Under the pieces are notes generated by a model. The model saw only the letters and a list, made by a program, of their open reading frames with translations, was not told the DNA's origin and searched no databases. From Hormiphora californensis (lineage: Eukaryota > Animalia > Ctenophora): a stretch of DNA of 64,000 nt. The position numbers and the translations under genes are program-made. Positions within the stretch are counted from its first letter, which is position 1. Each line of letters opens with the position of its first letter. This document shows, piece after piece, positions 1 through 11,712 of the stretch. The stretch lies in contig CM035355.1 in the NCBI GenBank assembly GCA_020137815.1, positions 7,750,001 through 7,814,000 on the forward strand, in the 5' to 3' direction.

Positions 1-27
1 AAATTTTTTTTGCAACAGATATCCCAA

Positions 28-3000
28 AAGTTAAGACGGATTCTGGTAGAGTAGGCCCTAATTAGCAAGTGTACGAAAGGGGAAGGTCTAGATCTTTGTG
101 ATCTCTGTGTTCAGGGGGTTTTTGTAGATAAGAAAAAGTTTAGAACTTATCCCCTAAAAACGACTGTTCCCGATATCTTAGAGCTCTAAAACTTTGCAGA
201 TCGGCTTTATATGATAAAATACAAAGTTGGTAAAAATTTCAGACCTTTAGCTCAAAATTCATTTTCATGACCGGAATGAACTTTGTTCATTCTCTCAATC
301 AGGAGTCCATTTGACTTCAGAATTTTATTAGAAATGTTTGGCAATCGATTATCTGCAAAATGCGACCAACGAGAGCCAAAACGGACCACCACAAGACACG
401 CGGTGATCTGATCTCCAAAGTCGGTCAGGAAATTCATAATCCTTGCCAAATATGACCTAGTTTTGCACGGTTGCCGACATCGGATAGGTCTAAAATTTAG
501 CACAGTGGCTCTAAACAATGTGTAGATGAGATTAGCAAAGTTTCAGGCTTAAAGCTCAAAATTCATTTTTATGACTGGAATGAACTTCGTTCATTCTCTC
601 AATCAGGAGGTCATTTGACTCCAGAATTTCAATAAATGTGTTTGGCAATCAATAAACTGCCAAATGGGATCGGATCACATTGGAGAATCTGACCCAGCAC
701 CCGATGGATCAGATCACATTATAGAAATCTGGTCCACCAGCCCATGGATCAGATCACATTATAAGGATCTGGTCCACCACCCATGGATCAGATCACATTT
801 TAGGGATCTGGTCCACCAAACCATGGATCAGTTCACATAACAGGGATCTTATCCACCAACCCATGGATCAGATCAAATTAAAGGGATCTGATCTACCACC
901 CATGGATCAGATCACATTATAGATATCTGATCCACCACCCCATGGATCAGATCATATTATAGGGATCTGGTCCACCAACCCATGGATCAGATCACATAAC
1001 AGGGATCTTATCCATCACCCCATGGATCAGATCACATTTTAGGGATCTGGTCCGCCAACCCATGGATCAGATCACATTATAAGGATCTGGTCCACCACCC
1101 ATGGATCAGATCACATTTTAGGGATCTGGTAGATGAGATTAGCAAAGTTTCAGGCTTAAAGCTCAAAATTCATTTTTATGACTGGAATGAACTTTGTTAA
1201 TTCTCTCAATCAGGAGGTCATTTGACTTCAGAATTTCAATAAATGTGTTTGGCAATCAATAAACTGCCAAATGGGATCGGATCACATTGGAGAATCTGAT
1301 CCGGCACCCGATGGATCAGATCACATTATAGAAATCTGGTCCACCACCCATGGATCAGATCACATTTTAGGGATCTGGTCCACCAATCCATGGATCAGAT
1401 CACATAACAGGGTTCTTATCCACCAACCCATGGATCAGATCACATAACAGGTATCTTATCCATCACCCCATGGATCAGATCAAATTAAAGGGAGCTGATC
1501 CACCACCCCATGGATCAGATTTCATTTTAGGGATCTGATCTACCACCCATGGATCAGATCACATAATAGGGATCTTATCCATCACCCCATGGATCAGATC
1601 ACATTTTAGGGATCTAGTCCGCTAACCCATGGATCAGATCACATTATAAGGATCTGGTCCACCACCCATGGATCAGATCACATTATAGGGATCTGATCCA
1701 CTACCCCATGGATCAGATCACATTTTAGCGATCTGGTCCACCAACCCATGGATCAGATCACATAATAAGGATCTTATCCATCACCCCATGGATCAGATCA
1801 CATTTTAGGGATCTGGTCCGCCAACCCATGGATCAGATCACATTATAAGGATCTGGTCCACCACCCATGGATCAGATCACATTATAGGGATCTGATCCAC
1901 TACCCCATGGATCAGATCACATTTTAGGGATCTGGTCCGCCAACCCATGGATCAGATCACATTATAAGGATCTGGTCCACCACCCATGGATCAGATCACA
2001 TTTTAGGGATCTTATCCACCAACCTATGGATCAGATCACATAACAGGTATCTTATCCATCACCCCATGGATCAGATCAAATTAAAGAGAGCTGATCCACC
2101 ACCCCATGGATCAGATCTCATTTTAGGGATCTGATCTACCACCCATGGATCAGATCACATTATATATCTGATCCACCACCCCATGGATCAGATCATATTA
2201 TAGGGATCTGGTCCACTAACTCATGTATTAGATCACATAACAGGGATCTTATCCATCACCCCATGGATCAGATCACATTTTAGGGATCTGGTCCACCAAC
2301 CCATCTATAATGTGATCTGATCCATGGGTGGTAGATCAGATCCCTAAAATGAGATCTGATCCATGAGTTCGTGGATCATATCCCTATAATGTGATCTGAT
2401 CCATGGGTGGTGGACCAGATCCCTAACATGATATCTGATCCATGGGTTGGTGGATAAGATCCCTAAAATGTGATCTGATCCATGGGTGGTGGACTAGATC
2501 CTTATAATATGATCTGATCCATGGGTTGGCGGACTAGATCCTTATAATGTGATCTGATCCATTGGTTGGCGGACCAGATCCCTAAAATGTGATCTGATCC
2601 ATGGGTGGTGGACCAGATCCTTATAATGTGATCTGATCCATGGGTTGGCGGACCAGATCCCTAAAATGTGATCTGATCCATGGGGTGATGGATAAGATCC
2701 CTGTTATGTGATCTGATCCATGAGTTGGTGGACCAGATCCCTATAATAGGGAATTTAAACAAGGGAATTTAAACATATATACATCAAGAATACCACTTGT
2801 ATTGTCAGATGAAACTAAGGGGAATGTCTAAAAGATACTTAGTAAAATTCTATTCTAGGACACACGATACAAAGGGGTTGTAAAAAAAATAAATAGGAAA
2901 AAAGGAGAGAGGAGATAAAAATAAATAAATGAAGGCATAAATATGATCTGATCCATGGGGTGGTGGATCAGATATCTATAATGTGATCTGATCCATGGGT

Positions 3001-3910
3001 GGTAGATCAGATCCCTTTAATTTGATCTGATCCATGGGGTGTTGGATAAGATACCTGTTATGTGATCTGATCCATGGGTTGGTGAATAAGATCCCTATTA
3101 TGTGATCTGATCCATGGTTTGGTGGACCAGATCCCTAAAATGTGATCTGATCCATGGGTGGTGGACCAGATCCTTATAATGTGATCTGATCCATGGGCTG
3201 GTGGACCAGATTTCTATAATGTGATCTGATCCATCGGGTGCTGGGTCAGATTCTCCAATGTGATCCGATCCCATTTGGCAGTTTATTGATTGCCAAATAC
3301 ATTAATTGAAATTCTGGAGTCAAATGACCTCCTGATTGAGAGAATGAACGAAGTTCATTCCAGTCATAAAAATGAATTTTGAGCTTTAAGCCTGAAACTT
3401 TGCTAATCTCATCTACACATTGTTTAGAGCCACTGTGCTAAATTTTAGACCTATCCGATGTCGGCAACCGTGCAAAACTAGGTCATATTTGGCAAGAATT
3501 ATGAATGTCCTGACCGACTTTGGAGATCAGATCACCGCGTGTCTTGTGGTGGTCCGTTTTGGCTCTCGTTGGTCGCATTTTGCAGATAATCGATTGCCAA
3601 ACATTTCTAATAAAATTCTGAAGTCAAATGGACTCCTGATTGAGAGAATGAACAAAGTTCATTCCGGTCATGAAAATGAATTTTGAGCTAAAGGTCTGAA
3701 ATTTTTACCAACTTTGTATTTTATCATATAAAGCCGATCTGCAAAGTTTTAGAGCTCTAAGATATCGGGAACAGTCGTTTTTAGGGGATAAGTTCTAAAC
3801 TTTTTCTTATCTACAAAATCCCCCTGAACACAGAGATTACAAAGATCTAGACCTTCCCCTTTCGTACACTTGCTAATTAGGGCCTACTCTACCAGAATCC
3901 GTCTTAACTT
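28..3910. mobile_element. Large foldback (long-TIR) element with internal ~40-bp tandem repeats, in STX8 intron 3
   Basis: 28-~860 is a near-perfect reverse complement of ~3050-3910 (mirror 88-aa ORFs at 252-518 and 3420-3686). No transposase is visible and the true ends may extend further. Confidence 0.85.
660..3280. repeat. ~40-bp hairpin-unit tandem array (CCATGGATCAGATCACATTATAGGGATCTGGTCCACCAAC), orientation flips near 2303
   Basis: Units read directly. 1129-1330 re-duplicates 523-730; an AT-rich interruption lies at ~2748-2940. Confidence 0.95.
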
Positions 3911-4034
3911 ATGGATTTCAGTGATGCAAATTTCAAATAGCACCCCCTACCCTGCATCCTACCCCAACTTACCATTTTGACCATCAATCTCATCGCCCAT
4001 AGCCAGGCCGATTTGTTTTTGTCGTTTAACAATC

Positions 4035-4245
4035 TCCGATATACGGGACAACCCCTGGTCTTGTTCTGCGAGGAAAGTTTAAACTGAAAACAGCAAAAAA
4101 CATTATAAAACACGTGACACATTCCGTCACAGATCTCTAAAACGAAACACCGATTAAAACACGATTTTAACGCAACAAACTCTTGCCCTGATTTATCGGG
4201 CAAAATGGCTTCCCCCGAGGATCCCGGTAAATCGGGGTCCGACTG
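4035..4245. mobile_element. Partial CAGTCGGACCCCG-TIR MITE end
   Basis: Ends in CCCGGTAAATCGGGGTCCGACTG like the copies at 10116, 15522 and 57029; the partner end is not seen. Confidence 0.6.
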
Positions 4246-4275
4246 TTCCTCTTGTTTGACAGTGTGTTCATTTAC

Positions 4276-6865
4276 CCTCGATAGCAGATCGGTGCTGCTG
4301 GATAAGTTCTGAGTTAGAATAACCCTGTGTTCTCTCATTCTCTTCGTACGCCCTATTAACTACACCTCCCCCTCGGAACGTGGACTTGGTACCCTCCTCG
4401 AAGGCCTTTGTAATCTGTTCTTTTCGGATCTTCGCCTCGTTTAACATGTTTGTACGTCTCTCGTACTCCTTCGGTGAACTGAGGGAAATAAGGGATGTTC
4501 AAACTTTCATCAGCAACGTAAAATTAGTTATTGGGGGATCTCACTGCGCTGGTAAGCTCAAGGGTGACTATTTTGGTGAATTGTTGTGAGCGAAATTAAT
4601 GAGGTACATATTACATGACGAGCTCGACACCAAGAGAACCCGACACCAAGAGAAGAAGTTGAGGGGATGAGCAAGTCAAACATTAGATCAGAGAGAGAAA
4701 TATTTTAGCAAAATATTATTGGCATATTTCTAAACCAAAGATTGCAAATAACAAAGCGTTGAGTACTTAGATGACCTAGATATAAAAGATTGTCAAATAG
4801 TCCATTGGAATGGAATGTAACTTCTCAACGGCCGAATTTTGTATTCCTACCACCAAAATAAATAGCTTGAACAAATCACCAAATGGCTCATTTCTCGATT
4901 GCTAAATATTTGTTCGCTTTAACAATATAGTAGCTGATTGCTGAAGCCCGTAGTGTATGCAGAACTTTTATTGACTTACTAATCCTTGATCTACCGAATT
5001 CTCACACCCCACATATAGTTTCAATTAGCCATGAAGCTTTACCTACTACCCCTTCTTCTCCTTCTCCAAGGTGCGCTTACCTCCCCATCGTGTGAGCCCG
5101 TTGACGGTGCTTGGAGTGAGTGGAGCGAGTTTGGTCTGTGCTCGTGCAACTACACTGACGGCACAGGGGAGATGACACGGACCCGGGAGTGCAACAGCCC
5201 GGCACCGGAGTGTTTGGGTAGCACGTGTGAGGGGGATAACGATGAGGTCCGAGAATGTGATGATCAGTGTTGTAAGCGACAAGATGGTGGATGGGGAGAG
5301 TGGGTTAAACAGGGTGGGTGCTCCTGTAACTACACAGCAGGGGCTGGAACCCAGGAATGGACGAGGCAGTGTGACTCCCCCGCTCCGGAGTGTAACGGTG
5401 CCCCCTGTGACGGGTACATCAGCAAGTCCAGGCCCTGTGAAGAGGGGGAATGTTGTCAGACTGTGGATGGGGTTTGGAGTGACTGGGAGGATTTGGGTGG
5501 ATGCGAGTGCAACTACAACACTGGGAATGCTACCGTGGCGAGGGTGAGGTACTGCAATGATCCCGAACCGTCCTGTCTTGGTGCCCCGTGTGAGGGTAAT
5601 GCGACAGGCAGGTTCTCCTGTGAAAATACCGAGTGTTGTCAAACCCAGGACGGGGGTTGGGGAGACTGGGAGGGAGAATGTGGGTGTGATCACACAACAG
5701 GAACAGGGAACAAGTCGCAATACAGGCGATGTGATACCCCGTCTGTGAGTTGCTACGGGAAGTACTGCGAGGGTGATGCGATCCGAACGGTGGGGTGTGA
5801 TGACGAGTGTTGCGAGATGATCCATGGTGGCTGGGCTGAGTGGGGCGAGTGGAGCACGTGCAGCTGTAACCATGACAACGGCACTGGTCTCCAGGGACGT
5901 GAGAGGAACTGTACTGCCCCGGCACCGTTCTGTTACGGAGAGCAATGTCCGGAGGAGGGGGATTACGAGGAGAGAGAGTGTGATGAGGAGTGTTGTACCA
6001 CGGTACATGGCAGTTGGACGGAGTGGGGAGAGTGGATGTGTTTCTGTGACATGGCAAAGAGGAGTGGGTTTACACAGCGACACAGGGCGTGTTCCAGTCC
6101 CTCTCCCGTGTGTGGTGGAGATATGTGTGAGGGGCCTTCCAACCATACCGTCTATACCATGAAGAAAAGGAAGTGAGAACCATGTTACCATGTTACCATG
6201 GTTACCACAAAGAAGAAGAAGTGAGGACCATGTTACCATGGATAGTATCCAATTATTGGATACATTATGAGTAAGAACTGTATACCACGTGATAATCAGG
6301 AGCGAAACCTTTCAAAAAGACATTTCGAACAGCGATCTTTATTTTTTTACTTATAAAACCAGAGGCAGAGAGTCTGTGATTGTGTGTAATGCTATTAATG
6401 TGATCATGTGTTTCCCCAAACTTACATGTTTTTTGCATCTTTGTCCTTTTTTAACTCTCTCTGGAGGGCAGTAAGGTCGAAATTGAAGTTGTTCTGGGAT
6501 ACCCTGATCTCCGCTGTTATCTGTGAGGGAGACGATTAGCGATTAGCCTATATATTTGAAAATGGAAATCTAGATCACCCACTCAATCACCAAATTACAA
6601 CCAAATTACAACCAAATTACAGCTAATATAATACTACCAAGTCCATCAATAACACTGCTAGAATAGTACTGCTACTCAAAGTTCTCAAAGTTCCCCAATA
6701 ACATTATACTACTATACTAATAATAATACTACTAAAAGTCCCCAAAACAACCTTGAGGGCATCTCCACCAGCAGAGAGAAGTCTGTTTCGCTCTGTGATC
6801 CTCTCCATAATGTTGTCCCCGGTTCTCTCCACGGCCTGGTACTCTTCCACCCACGTCACGCCCAT
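4276..6865 (-). CDS. STX8: Syntaxin-8-like SNARE, exons 1-3 (6865-6752, 6520-6426, 4478-4276); continues off the left edge
   Basis: GT-AG exons join in frame: MGVTWVEEYQAVERTGDNIMERITERNR.../ITAEIRVSQ.../ISPKEYERRTNML...EENERTQGYSNSELIQQHRSAIE, resembling the STX8 N-terminal region and pre-SNARE linker. Confidence 0.8.
5031..6176 (+). CDS. Secreted thrombospondin type-1 repeat (TSR) protein, six repeats, intronless, antisense in STX8 intron 2
   Basis: Signal-peptide-like MKLYLLPLLLLLQGALT; six DG.W..W...CxC...R.R.C..P.P.C.G..C.G units. Confidence 0.9.
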   Translation: MKLYLLPLLLLLQGALTSPSCEPVDGAWSEWSEFGLCSCNYTDGTGEMTRTRECNSPAPECLGSTCEGDNDEVRECDDQCCKRQDGGWGEWVKQGGCSCNYTAGAGTQEWTRQCDSPAPECNGAPCDGYISKSRPCEEGECCQTVDGVWSDWEDLGGCECNYNTGNATVARVRYCNDPEPSCLGAPCEGNATGRFSCENTECCQTQDGGWGDWEGECGCDHTTGTGNKSQYRRCDTPSVSCYGKYCEGDAIRTVGCDDECCEMIHGGWAEWGEWSTCSCNHDNGTGLQGRERNCTAPAPFCYGEQCPEEGDYEERECDEECCTTVHGSWTEWGEWMCFCDMAKRSGFTQRHRACSSPSPVCGGDMCEGPSNHTVYTMKKRK

Positions 6866-7087
6866 CTTCCTAACATTGGGAGGGGAGGAGATGTGTTTGG
6901 AGGGGGAGAAAGGGAGAGGTGATAATAGAGGGTGTGTCACGCTCATCTTCCTAACATTGGGAGGGGTGATAGGAGAGGGGAGAAAGGAAAAGAGGATTGG
7001 AGGGGAGCAAGGGGGATAGGAGAGGGGAGAGGTGAAGAGGGGAGAGGTGATAAGAGGAGGAGAAAGGGAGAGGTGATACATCATGAT

Positions 7088-7212
7088 ATAGTCCTTTTTT
7101 CAACTGTTCACCCCCCTTTGTCGCGAGTAGAATTGTTTTACGTGCTTATCGCATGTTAGCGTGTAGTGCATGCCACAATATCACACGAGTTGAACAGTTG
7201 AAAAAAGGACTT
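7088..7212. mobile_element. Short MITE (AGTCCTTTTTTCAACTGTTCA TIRs)
   Basis: Inverted ends; same family as 25472-25620. Confidence 0.6.
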
Positions 7213-7584
7213 TAGAAGAGGGGTGGTAAGACAGTATGGGAGGTCGATGAAAGGGAAAAAGGGAAAGAATGGGAGTGGGGACCAGCGGGACCAGGATGAG
7301 CAAGATCGCCACATTTATTTCGCAAAAGTATATTATGTTCGAAAAATCAATCAATTAGTAAACAAGGTTACCTTCATACACGTCAGCAGAAAATACACAT
7401 CAATACATAATATAATAGCTCTCTCTCTCTCATAGTTTTAATAAAATCACACGATAATCCCTTGCTAACGAAATTACGTTTTAGCGTGCCTGCAAGGTAG
7501 GGGTAATTTCGTCACCAAGATACTAACACAACACGATATCTGGTGTATTCACACGATATATTATTTTTATCTGGTGTATTCACT

Positions 7585-8400
7585 CTATGATGATATTAGT
7601 TGAGCGATGTCGATCATAAACGTGTCAGGACCCCCCGTCCTGGGGAGGAGTGTAGCAAAAGTTGGAGGTACCGCCCTCGGACCTCCCCCTCCACCCCCTG
7701 ATCCCGTGGTACTGCGTTCCAATATCTTCTTCTTACACCTCTCCTCATGAGTCTTTTTATACAATTTCAAGGCAAAGCTCTTCCCACACCAGTCACAGTG
7801 AAAGTTCTTTACACCAGAGTGAAGGAGAAGGTGAGTTTTTAGTGTTCCCTTTTGGGAGTATGTGTTCCCGCACAACCGACACCGGAAGGGTTTGCCAGGG
7901 GGACCACTAACATTGGCCTCACCGAACCGACTGAATAACGTGTTTCTGGGGTCTGAGGTCAGCACATCTAGGCCCTCAATTTGGAATTGTTTCACATGAT
8001 GTGCAGTGCTTGTTGAAGATGAAGTGGTGATGGTGGTGGTTGATGTTTGTCTAGTCACCCCCTCCGGTGGTGTTACTCGTTCAACCGAGTTTTCCATTTT
8101 CACACCGTTCCCCTTCTGCTTACACGTTTTCTCGTGCGTCGTCTTGTACATCTTAAGAGCAAAGCGCTTACCACAGTAGATGCACATAAAGTTCTTGACG
8201 CCCGAGTGGAGGATCATGTGAGTGTTTAGGGAGCTCTTCTGAGTGAAAGTTTTGGAACAAAGTGTACATGTGTAGGGCCGCTCTTTAGTATGTACACGCC
8301 TGTGAATGTACAACCCATTTTTAGAGGCGAATTGCTTCCAGCAGATTCCGCAGTGTGGTTTAGTCGAGTCGAATGTAGTTAGTGGGGCGACAGAGCCCAT
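7585..8400 (-). CDS. C2H2 zinc-finger protein (3+2 fingers; last finger of each cluster is C2HC)
   Basis: CxxC...HxxxH motifs with TKERPY/SGVKNF linkers; TTTTAG acceptor 5 nt before the ATG. Confidence 0.9.
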   Translation of the reverse strand: MGSVAPLTTFDSTKPHCGICWKQFASKNGLYIHRRVHTKERPYTCTLCSKTFTQKSSLNTHMILHSGVKNFMCIYCGKRFALKMYKTTHEKTCKQKGNGVKMENSVERVTPPEGVTRQTSTTTITTSSSTSTAHHVKQFQIEGLDVLTSDPRNTLFSRFGEANVSGPPGKPFRCRLCGNTYSQKGTLKTHLLLHSGVKNFHCDWCGKSFALKLYKKTHEERCKKKILERSTTGSGGGGGGPRAVPPTFATLLPRTGGPDTFMIDIAQLISS

Positions 8401-9116
8401 TGGTCCTAAAATAACTGTGTATTAAAGATTACTGTACAAACTATTGGTAGGTCTAACACTCCATTTTAGAAGCAAAATTGGATTCAAAACATACTCAGGT
8501 GGGTTTGTTGAAAAAAAAACCTGGGGGACACAGGTCAAATAAAGTTTAATTTCAAAAACTAATTGAGAGCTTATTCAAAAGCCAGAAAACCACAAATTCT
8601 GACACACCGCACTGTCCACTGAGCACTCAAACGCCCAGATTTCAAATCGAGAGGTCAAAACCGACCGGATTTAAAAAAATCTGTCACCTGGGTTGAACCA
8701 AGCTTCGCGACGGATTTCTCGCGCGCGCGATATGGAATTCGTTTGTGAGCTCGTCTCCCAATGCAGCATGTTGACAATAAAATGGCGCGTACCGTAGCCA
8801 TGTTTCACCCAATACCGCCTGACAGACCCTGACCACACAAAATCGCAATTGTAGAGGTCTGCTTTTATTCGACAATAGATTTGAACACATAACATAACAA
8901 GAGAGTCAATAGAGAGTCAGTAGAGAGTCAATAGTCACTGGGAACCGAAAACAATTTATCTTAATTTTCAGCAAGAAAAGTTTAAAAAGGTAAAACTTGA
9001 CTGTTCTCTCTTTCACACACAAACACACTCTCTCTCCCCCAGTCCCTCAGAGTAAGCCTCCCTCGGTGGCTCAGGTCCATGATTCTCAACACTATCTCAC
9101 CCACCAGGTTATCAAT

Positions 9117-11625
9117 TCAGTTGGGTGTAACAATGCTTGATGCAAAGGCCACCGCTCCAATACAAAGTCCAAAGTAGGCCACAACTAGGAGAGGGTTCAC
9201 GGAGCACAGATAGGAGAGGAAGATGACGAGACAGGAGTAGAAAATAAATCTGTAGGAAGCAACTGGTCGGAGGTTTAGGAGAAGTGCCCCATCCTCTGAG
9301 ATGTCTTCTTTGACCTGAAATACCGGGGTAAAATCTCGGGTTAGGGTAATGTAAAAAAGGAGGTTAACTAGAACTTTTCGGCAAATCAAATCAGAAAAAC
9401 GGTTGTTTGATTTGATTAAACCACTAAAATGTAGGTTTGTAAAATGGGCGGTTAACTAAAAACTTATCTTCTAAAATTGGAAAAACTTATCGACAAATCA
9501 AACAACTATTTCTCCACTTGATCGAAGATACCTGTACAATAAGGGGCTTCATAACGGTCTGTAGGGGTCCCCGGGTCGCGTATAGAACCCGGAGGTGCTT
9601 TGAAACAACTGTAGACAACCTCAGGGATAGCTGGTACAATGCCCGTACTAGGTGGGGGTTCTCGTAGGAGCAAATGGGACGTAGAGCTGGGTTACATTCA
9701 GTGGTAATGTCCGTGTAGTCGAGTCGGAGAGTTCCTGCCACCATCTTAGATCGGCCCTGTGGAATAGGAGGAATTTGGTGTTAGACCGGCCCTTTGGCCC
9801 ACAGCTGCTATCATGGGGGAGGAATGTGTTTGGTTTGGGTAGTGTCAACAGGTGAAGGGAGGGGCTGTATTAATGAATTATCATTACCTGCCATCTCTTG
9901 TTGAGTAAGGGGTCTCACCCGGGGTGAGTCAGTGACCCGGGGTGAGTCAGTGACTCACTGAGTGACCCCTTACTCATAACCCAACAAGTCATCTCAATAT
10001 CAAAAAACAAAGAAAAGACAAAAGTTCACAGTCACACTGCCAGCAGTGAAAATAACATAAACACACAGGTCTGCACTAGTATCATGTACCTGATACTTAG
10101 TCGATTTGTCAGGTACAGTCGGACCCCGATATACCGGGCACCCCGATTTACCGGGCAAAACCCTTTCCCCCGAGCATCCCGGTAAATCGGGGTCCGACTG
10201 TACAAACAATGGGACACACACAAATAAAGTTGCTCTTCACATCTGACCAGTCTCATTTTGTTGAATACTCAACAAGTCTTATTGCATATATCTCAATGGA
10301 ACCACAATACCACACATCTCACCCCCACAATTGTACGACCTGAACCAGAGTGGCAAGTAAAGGTGACACCTGGTTATTGACCCCTAAATTAGACGTCCCT
10401 ACAGGGACCCCTACCAACATTCCATTGCTCACAATTTGACCCACCGCCCGTTCAACATTACAACCAGTTCGTAGCACCCACGGCCCATTCTGTGCGTCCT
10501 GAACCATCTCTGTTGTCACGGGTATGTCAGCAGTTGTGTTAACGATGTAACTATGGTGATAGGTACAGAATTCACCTGATTCGTATATTGTCCGAGTTAC
10601 ATAGCGCATTTCCTGAAACACATCTTTTCCCGCAAAGTTATTGTCTGTAATATTGTTGTTGTATAGCAGTTCTCCCACTGCATCACGGACAATGGACTGG
10701 TGATCACTACTGCTGGTTGCTATGGGAACGGAGAGAGTATGGAAGGAGCAGCATCTCGTCACAAAGTCTCTCAAATCTGCTTGTGACGTCACAGTTTTCA
10801 CAATTGTTTCCTCGTTCGTAGCCCCGCCGCGGAATGACGTGGGTTCAAACTGTAGCTTGAAAAGGACGTGTGTTGGAGTTAGGAGAACGAAGTTTATCTG
10901 ATCACGTTGGTTTGATATAACTTCCCATGACAGTTGTCGCTCAATACCGGCAATGTTCCTCTTCCAGTGTAACCGGGATACTTCCATGGCTAGTAGTACA
11001 GTGGGGTCAGCTGTTATTATATAGGAGTGTACATGATAGCACATTGAACGTTTCATACCACACAATACATTTTGGATGGGTTTTTACCAAATACAAATGG
11101 ATGTCGCAAAACGCTCATAGCGAGAAAAAGAATAAACAGTAAAATAAACGGCCCGCCTAGTATAGTACTTCAGACGTGACAGTAGCCTAACAATACAAGC
11201 CTGCTGGCCAAGTAACAAAAGCGTGGGTTGATTTGCAGAATGCGTGTAAGCTGGGGGTAAGCTGTAGCAATTCTCTCTCTAACATTATCTCCTATCTCTT
11301 TGTGTCTCTCCCTCTCTCTCTCTCTCCCTAGTGTCTCTCTCTCCCTCTCTCTCTCAGCCTCAATTTCGCTCTCATACTTAATAATCAGAGGCCCTGCTAC
11401 TGCACTGCACTGCAAACATCGGGCTCACTTCATATATCAAGTCACTATAATATGTCGTGTTTTGTTTCTCATGCAATGCTCTGACAGTGTTGCTCCTTGC
11501 CTAGCTCGACCCTCTTTTTGCGCACTCCAAATGTAAAGGAAGGGTTGGAACATAACAAGTTTCTACCACGTACTAACACAAACATTATGAACAAATTGGT
11601 GTGTGGGGGAGTATGTGAGAAACAG

Positions 11626-11712
<87 letters not shown>

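Noticed and set aside
660-3280. CRISPR-like array of palindromic repeats
   Set aside because: No unique spacers, no cas genes, eukaryotic intron; it is a tandem repeat within TIRs.
252-3686. Twin 88-aa ORFs
   Set aside because: Mirror by-products of the inverted arms, with non-ATG starts and no domain.
5046-6239. 397-aa antisense ORF
   Set aside because: Shadow of the TSR gene's codon usage; no recognisable protein features.
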